Source of the DNA: an uncultured Gammaproteobacteria bacterium
GTDB lineage: Bacteria; Patescibacteriota; Microgenomatia; UBA12405; JAHJSD01
Direction: 5' to 3'
NCBI GenBank assembly: GCA_964428655.1
Contig: CAYRYE010000001.1
Location: 218,258 to 282,257 of the forward strand
DNA length: 64,000 bases
Numbering within the stretch: position 1 is the first letter of the stretch; every line of letters starts with the position of its first letter. Position numbers and translations under genes: made by a program. The notes under the pieces were generated by a model. It saw only the letters and a program-made list of their open reading frames with translations. It ran no database searches and was not told the DNA's origin. Of the stretch, positions 58,850 through 64,000 are shown piece after piece.

Positions 58850-60217
58850 ATGAAAAGGAGTTTGGCGAAAAAGACAATTTCAAAAATTGGTGAGAGAATT
58901 TTATTATTCGGTTGGGTGAATTCAATTAGGAAACACGGAAAGGTAACTTTTGTTGACCTTCGAGACCGTTCCGGCATTGTTCAGTTAGTTGGCGGCAAAG
59001 AATTGGGAGGATTAGGTCATGAGGATGTAATTAAAGTTACTGGCGAGGTTAAGAAAAGAGGGCAGAGATTGATTAATCCTCGATTGGAAACAGGTAAAGT
59101 AGAAATTAAGATTGAAAAATTAGAAGTTCTAACAAAAACTAAGCCGTTGCCTTTTGATATCCATGGTTCGGGACTGGAGATTGATGAACGGGTCCGCTTA
59201 AGATATCGCTATTTAGATCTTCGTCGATCCCGCATGGTTCAGAACCTTGAGCTTCGCCATCAGGTGATAAAATATATCCGTGATTTTCTTGACCAGCGCA
59301 AATTCATTGAGATAGAGACGCCAATCCTAACTAAGGCCACTCCTGAAGGAGCTCGTGATTTTATTGTTCCCTCACGTCTTCAGCGTGGTAAGTTTTATGC
59401 CCTTCCTCAATCACCCCAGCAGTATAAACAGCTTTTAATGGTAGCTGGTTTTGAGAAATATTATCAAATTGCTCGCTGTTTCCGTGATGAGGACCCTCGG
59501 GCTGATCGAGCCTATGGTGAATTTACTCAATTGGATTTAGAAATGTCGTTTATAACCCAAGAAGATATTCTTAAGCTCACGGAAAAATTTATGATTCGCC
59601 TGACGGAAGAGGTGGCCGAGAAGAAGGTTTATCAAAAACCTTTTCCAAGGATTTCTTATCAAGAAGCAATGAAACGTTTTGGTGATGATAAGTTTGATCT
59701 GCGCAAGAAAAAAGATTCTAGTGTTTTAGCTTTTGCTTGGGTAGTTGATTTTCCTCTTCTTAAACAGACTGAAACGCGGGAAATTGCTCCCTCTCATCAT
59801 CCTTTTACCGCTCCCAAGGATGAAGATGTTCCCTTGCTTGAAACTGAGCCAATGAAAGTTCGCTCTTGGCAGCACGATTTGATTTGTAATGGTTTAGAAG
59901 TGGGTGGCGGCAGCCTTCGGATCACTAATCCTGAGATCCAAAAGAAAGTCTTCAAGATTCTTGGTCACACAAAAAAAGAAATAGATCAAAAGTTTGGCCA
60001 TCTTTTAAAAGCTTTTGATTATGGCGTCCCGCCGCATGGCGGGATTGCTCTTGGTATTGATCGCCTAATGATGCTTTTTAGCGGCGAGAACAGCCTTCGC
60101 GAGGTTTTCGCTTTTCCCACTATTTCGTCAGGTAGAACAGCGGTGATGGATGCTCCCAGCAAGGTTGGGCCAGAACAGTTAAAAGAACTAGGAATTAAAG
60201 TAGTTAAGAAGAAATAG
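58850..60217 (+). CDS. aspS: Aspartyl-tRNA synthetase, short form lacking the GAD insertion (archaeal/non-discriminating type)
   Basis: Class II motifs; FRDEDPRADRAYGEFTQLD; 455 aa. Confidence 0.8.
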   Translation: MKRSLAKKTISKIGERILLFGWVNSIRKHGKVTFVDLRDRSGIVQLVGGKELGGLGHEDVIKVTGEVKKRGQRLINPRLETGKVEIKIEKLEVLTKTKPLPFDIHGSGLEIDERVRLRYRYLDLRRSRMVQNLELRHQVIKYIRDFLDQRKFIEIETPILTKATPEGARDFIVPSRLQRGKFYALPQSPQQYKQLLMVAGFEKYYQIARCFRDEDPRADRAYGEFTQLDLEMSFITQEDILKLTEKFMIRLTEEVAEKKVYQKPFPRISYQEAMKRFGDDKFDLRKKKDSSVLAFAWVVDFPLLKQTETREIAPSHHPFTAPKDEDVPLLETEPMKVRSWQHDLICNGLEVGGGSLRITNPEIQKKVFKILGHTKKEIDQKFGHLLKAFDYGVPPHGGIALGIDRLMMLFSGENSLREVFAFPTISSGRTAVMDAPSKVGPEQLKELGIKVVKKK

Positions 60218-60225
60218 TAACAATC

Positions 60226-61158
60226 ATGGGTTGGGAGAAGTTAAGAAAACTCTTACTGTTTAATCTAGTAGCATTGTTGGAAGTTATTTTTATTCTTTTG
60301 GCAGCTAAGTTTATTATTTTCAACAAAGTGATTGCCGATTTTCAAATTAGCCCAAAATCCTTTCCAAAAACAAACAGGTTTGTTCCTCCCCCGGCAACTT
60401 CGGCCGAATCAATACTAGTGATGGATGTTGATTCGGGAGCAATTATTTTCCAAAAGAAACCTCATTTGAAATTACATCCGGCCTCAATTACCAAGATGGC
60501 AACGGCCATCACTGCTTTAGAAGCTTATCCAATTGATGAAGTGATTACTATTAAGGAAGAGTATTCTATTGGCAAGACGATGGAGTTATTAGCAGGGGAG
60601 AGGATCACAGTTGAGAATTTAATCTATGGTCTTTTGATTCATTCTGCTAATGATGCCGCTTACATTCTTGCTGGCCAAAATGATGAACAAGTGAGGCGCT
60701 TTGTCGAGCGCATGAACGATTTTGTTAGACGATTAGGTTTAAAAGAGACCAATTTTGTTAATTTTAACGGTGAGGATGATGAGGGCCATTATTCAACAGC
60801 TTTTGACTTAGCTCATTTGGCCAGATGGGCCTTGAAGAATAAAATCTTTTCCCAGGCGGTTCAGATTAAGAACGTGACTGTAGAAAGTGTTGATGGCTTA
60901 ATTGAGCATCAGCTTGAAGCTACTAATGAACTTTTAGATGTTCTTCCTGAAGTTAGAGGAATAAAAACCGGCTGGACTCCCCAAGCGGGGGAATGTTTTA
61001 TTGGTTTAATTGACTTGGGTGATCATCAGTTGATTACTGTGATTTTGGGTAGTCAAGATCGTTTCCTTGAAACAAGAAAATTAATTGATTGGTCTAAAGA
61101 AGCTGTTTCTTGGTTAGATTACGATTCTGACCATTCAATTGGCGGAGCCGGAACATAG
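60226..61158 (+). CDS. D-alanyl-D-alanine carboxypeptidase (S11 family, PBP5-like)
   Basis: SITKM (SxxK), SAND (SxN), KTGWT (KTG). Confidence 0.85.
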   Translation: MGWEKLRKLLLFNLVALLEVIFILLAAKFIIFNKVIADFQISPKSFPKTNRFVPPPATSAESILVMDVDSGAIIFQKKPHLKLHPASITKMATAITALEAYPIDEVITIKEEYSIGKTMELLAGERITVENLIYGLLIHSANDAAYILAGQNDEQVRRFVERMNDFVRRLGLKETNFVNFNGEDDEGHYSTAFDLAHLARWALKNKIFSQAVQIKNVTVESVDGLIEHQLEATNELLDVLPEVRGIKTGWTPQAGECFIGLIDLGDHQLITVILGSQDRFLETRKLIDWSKEAVSWLDYDSDHSIGGAGT

Positions 61159-62177
61159 CCCCAGAAGTTATTATCTCCTTGAAAAACAAAAATTGGTTGT
61201 AAAAATCGAGCCAATGCGGGTGGATTAAAGTAACCCATAGAAATCTTTCTTATCTTAACGGAGCTGGTTTGACTGCCATCAAAAGAAGCCAAAAAGTATT
61301 TTCCGGATTTAATTTCATCCCAAGCTTGTTGAATGGTTTTTAAAGGGTAAGTGCCGAATTTTTCTTGATCGATAGGGAAATGAGTGTATTTTACCTCGAC
61401 TACATTTTTACTCTGAATCTCTATGCCGGAGATAAGGACTGAAACCAGGTCTTGGTTGGGGTTAGGGGGTAAAACAGAATATTTGTCGTCTATTTTGATT
61501 CTAGCAATATTAATTCGCATGAAATCGGCCTCTGATGGAGAAATAGCGGCCACCAATTTGTTTGTAGTTATTTTCCAATAAGTTGGTTTGTATTCCCCCT
61601 CCTTGAGATCACTAGTTAATTTGCCAATTCTTTCTAGAAATGTCTTCGTTATATTGATCGCTTCTGTTTCTGAAGGTAAAGAGGAAGGATTGATTAAAGT
61701 TTGATCACCCAGATAGGCGTATGAGTACTCAAAACTTTCGGTTAAGACGTTAATTTTCAACTGGGTGTTATTAATGGAGTTATCAAACCAATAGATATTT
61801 TCACTTATTTTTTTGGGTTTGGCGGTAAAGCCCAATTTCTCTGCTAAGCTGGTCGCTTTATCCAAAGACAAGAATCGGCCGCCAATTTGAGGGATAAAAT
61901 AGACTTTTTCAACACTTGGCAAGTCAGTTGGCAAGTGTCCTTCGGCGGTTTCTAATTGTAAATCGGTTGGTTTTTGGCTTTTTTCTTTGGGGAAACTAAT
62001 GGCCGGCAGTTTGCCGAAGGCAGTGTTTGGCGGCGGCGGCGGCGGTGGATGGAGCTTTCTCCAATAAGATTTAGCAATTCCAAAACTAGTTTTTAAAACA
62101 AAAAGGAGAACTAGAAAGATACTGGCGAATTTCACAAATTTGCGCGTATAGTAAGAGGTGATTGTCAATTGTGACAT
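61119..62177 (-). CDS. Membrane-anchored hypothetical protein with a poly-Pro tract
   Basis: N-terminal TM; PPPPPPP; no recognisable family; 3' end overlaps the carboxypeptidase gene by 40 nt. Confidence 0.5.
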   Translation of the reverse strand: MSQLTITSYYTRKFVKFASIFLVLLFVLKTSFGIAKSYWRKLHPPPPPPPNTAFGKLPAISFPKEKSQKPTDLQLETAEGHLPTDLPSVEKVYFIPQIGGRFLSLDKATSLAEKLGFTAKPKKISENIYWFDNSINNTQLKINVLTESFEYSYAYLGDQTLINPSSLPSETEAINITKTFLERIGKLTSDLKEGEYKPTYWKITTNKLVAAISPSEADFMRINIARIKIDDKYSVLPPNPNQDLVSVLISGIEIQSKNVVEVKYTHFPIDQEKFGTYPLKTIQQAWDEIKSGKYFLASFDGSQTSSVKIRKISMGYFNPPALARFLQPIFVFQGDNNFWGYVPAPPIEWSES

Positions 62178-62216
62178 TTTATCCAGTATATCAATCAGGT
62201 GTGTTAGAATTCAAAT

Positions 62217-63617
62217 ATGAGAGTCAAAACTCGTTTTGCTCCTAGCCCCACTGGCTTTATTCATGTTGGTAGTGCTTACAGTGCTCTTTTGGACTATGCT
62301 TTTGCCCGTAAGCACAGGGGTGAGTTTTTCCTAAGGATTGAGGATACTGATAAGAAAAGATATGTTAAGGAAACAGAGGAGATGATTTATAAAGGATTGG
62401 AATGGTTAGGCTTAAAACCAGATGGAGAACTAATCCGGCAGTCAGAGCGATTGGGGATTTATAAAAAATATGCGGAGGGGTTGGTAGAAAAAGGTTATGC
62501 CTATTACTGCTTTTGCTCCCTGGAGCGATTAGAAGAAATAAGACAAAAAAAAAGAAAAAAAAGTCAACCGCCAATGTATGACCGGCTTTGCCGCAAGATC
62601 AACTTAAAAAAGGCAAAAGAGCGAATTGCCAAGGGTGAAGGTTATGTCATTAGAATGATAATTCCGGATAATGAAAAAATTGTTGTTAATGATTTGATTC
62701 GTGGTGAAGTTGTCTTTGATAGTGATTTAATTGATGACCAAATTTTACTTAAAGCTGATGGTTTTCCCACTTATCACCTGGCGGCAATAGTTGATGATCA
62801 TTTAATGAAAATTACCCATGTGATTCGGGGCGAAGAGTGGCTACCTTCGGCGCCAAAACACGTTTTGCTTTATCAATATTTTGGTTGGAAAATGCCAATT
62901 TTTATGCATACTCCAACACTAAGAAATCCTGATAAAAGCAAACTCAGTAAAAGAAAAAGCCATACTTCTCTTGGTTGGTATCAGGAGCAGGGATTTTTGC
63001 CCGAGGTTTTACTTAATTTTTTAGCTCTTTTGGGTTGGTCTCATCCGGAAGAAAAAGAAATATTTTCCTTAGATGAATTTATCAGACTTTTTGATTTAAA
63101 AGATGTTTCTCCCATTGGCCCTGTTTTTGATTTGACTAAATTAGAATGGATGAACGGGGTCTATATTCGCAGTAAGAAGAATAGTGAGCTTGCTGAACTA
63201 TTAAAACCATTTTTGCCCAAGATGACGCCAAAACAAATTGCCATAGCGGTACCTCTGATTAAAGAAAGAATTAAAAAACTCTCTGAAGCAAGAGATTTAT
63301 TGGAATTTATTTGGTCTTGCAGAGAGCCTTCCCGAAAACTTTTACTTCAGCGGGGATTAAATAAAAAACAGGCAAAAGAAATGCTTAAAAAAACTAAAGA
63401 AATAATTAGTAAAGTGGGCATTGAAAATACAGAAAGACTCCAAAAGAGATTACTTCAATTAATTAAAGAAAATAATTGGAATACGGGCGCTTTTTTCATG
63501 CTTTTTCGAATCGCTGTCACTGGCAAAAAAATTACCCCGCCAATTATTGAGTCATTACTGTTGATTGGCCAAGAGGAAGTTCTCAAAAGGCTTGATTCAG
63601 CAGTAAAAAAGCTCTAA
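62217..63617 (+). CDS. gltX: Glutamyl-tRNA synthetase
   Basis: HIGH (PSPTGFIHVG); KMSKS-like KLSKR; 466 aa. Confidence 0.9.
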   Translation: MRVKTRFAPSPTGFIHVGSAYSALLDYAFARKHRGEFFLRIEDTDKKRYVKETEEMIYKGLEWLGLKPDGELIRQSERLGIYKKYAEGLVEKGYAYYCFCSLERLEEIRQKKRKKSQPPMYDRLCRKINLKKAKERIAKGEGYVIRMIIPDNEKIVVNDLIRGEVVFDSDLIDDQILLKADGFPTYHLAAIVDDHLMKITHVIRGEEWLPSAPKHVLLYQYFGWKMPIFMHTPTLRNPDKSKLSKRKSHTSLGWYQEQGFLPEVLLNFLALLGWSHPEEKEIFSLDEFIRLFDLKDVSPIGPVFDLTKLEWMNGVYIRSKKNSELAELLKPFLPKMTPKQIAIAVPLIKERIKKLSEARDLLEFIWSCREPSRKLLLQRGLNKKQAKEMLKKTKEIISKVGIENTERLQKRLLQLIKENNWNTGAFFMLFRIAVTGKKITPPIIESLLLIGQEEVLKRLDSAVKKL

Positions 63618-64000
63618 CTAGGATCTCCGCGAGCCAAATTTAACATTAAAAATCTTTTGAAGTTTGTCTCCAAAAATATCTAAATTCACTTTTGTTCTGG
63701 GTAAATAATCACTTAGTGAATCTTTAAAGCGCAAGTTTCTAACCACTTTTTCTTTCTTAATTTCGTCTATTTCTCTAATAAAGTATTCCGCCTCTTTTAA
63801 GTCTTTCTGACCGAGCTCCCAGTTTTTGTTTGCCTTGGGCCAAGTAGTTTGATGAACACTGGTCTTTTTTTTGTTTTTTCTAAACAATTGCTGGTAAATT
63901 TCCTCGGTGATAAAAGGAAGAATGGGGGCGTAAAGCTTAAGGATATTTAATAGACAAGAATAAAGAATATACTTGGTTGCTTCTTCGTCAGTCCTGTGTT
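63618..64000 (-). CDS. C-terminal fragment of a class I aminoacyl-tRNA synthetase (Val/Leu/Ile-RS-like; 5' end outside the window)
   Basis: Frame stays open upstream of the listed ORF: ...PILPFITEEIYQQL...WP... resembles the conserved C-terminal anticodon-binding region. Confidence 0.45.
   Translation of the reverse strand, partial: HRTDEEATKYILYSCLLNILKLYAPILPFITEEIYQQLFRKNKKKTSVHQTTWPKANKNWELGQKDLKEAEYFIREIDEIKKEKVVRNLRFKDSLSDYLPRTKVNLDIFGDKLQKIFNVKFGSRRS

Noticed and set aside
1-64000. CRISPR arrays, rRNA genes, transposases/IS elements, integrases
   Set aside because: I scanned for regularly spaced direct repeats and for transposase- or integrase-like ORFs. None were found. The only repeat cluster (48541-48725) has two or three hairpin copies with irregular spacing, and there are no cas genes.

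Overview
This 64 kb window comes from a small, AT-rich, gene-dense bacterial chromosome and is dominated by the ribosomal core. The plus-strand run is rpoC' – S12 – S7 – EF-G – EF-Tu – S10/L3/L4/L23/L2/S19/L22/S3/L16/L29/S17 – L14/L24/L5/S14(Zn)/S8/L6/L18/S5/L15 – SecY – Adk – Map – IF-1 – L36 – S13/S11/S4 – RpoA – L17 – L13/S9. Downstream are IscS/IscU, a tRNA-Pro(GGG), RecA, RNase Y, HU, RuvCAB, YchF, MiaA, SecDF, CCA-adding enzyme, RecJ, AspRS, a D,D-carboxypeptidase and GluRS. L30 is absent between S5 and L15, and several ribosomal proteins have Lys/Glu-rich or zinc-ribbon tails. I read both as a Candidate Phyla Radiation / Patescibacteria-like genome, but that assignment is an inference.

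Several accessory patches interrupt the core:
- **SOS-linked restriction-modification cluster (about 23.3–28.7 kb, minus strand).** Five co-directional genes sit between the isc genes and tRNA-Pro/recA: LexA, an uncharacterised 333-aa protein translationally coupled to LexA, an HhaI-like C5 cytosine methyltransferase, a probable restriction endonuclease, and a Vsr mismatch endonuclease. A MazG-like gene, a small basic protein and a purine-rich candidate structured RNA behind an extended −10 promoter lie on the iscU side of this cluster.
- **Two further GC-rich, Arg-rich-ORF loci with extended −10 promoters (about 36.7 kb and 53.7 kb).** Both look like structured ncRNAs rather than proteins. 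RNase P RNA, tmRNA, SRP RNA and 6S RNA are all unaccounted for in this window.
- **A 650-bp non-coding stretch (48.5–49.2 kb).** It contains repeated perfect hairpins and an unlisted 48-aa zinc-ribbon gene.
- **An ABC-2 exporter (31.9–36.7 kb).** One ATPase is followed by two tandem pairs of paralogous permeases.
- **A nucleotidyltransferase–GNAT fusion protein (44.4–45.5 kb)** and a stand-alone HNH nuclease with small flanking genes (43.1–44.2 kb).

No CRISPR array, rRNA gene or transposase was seen.
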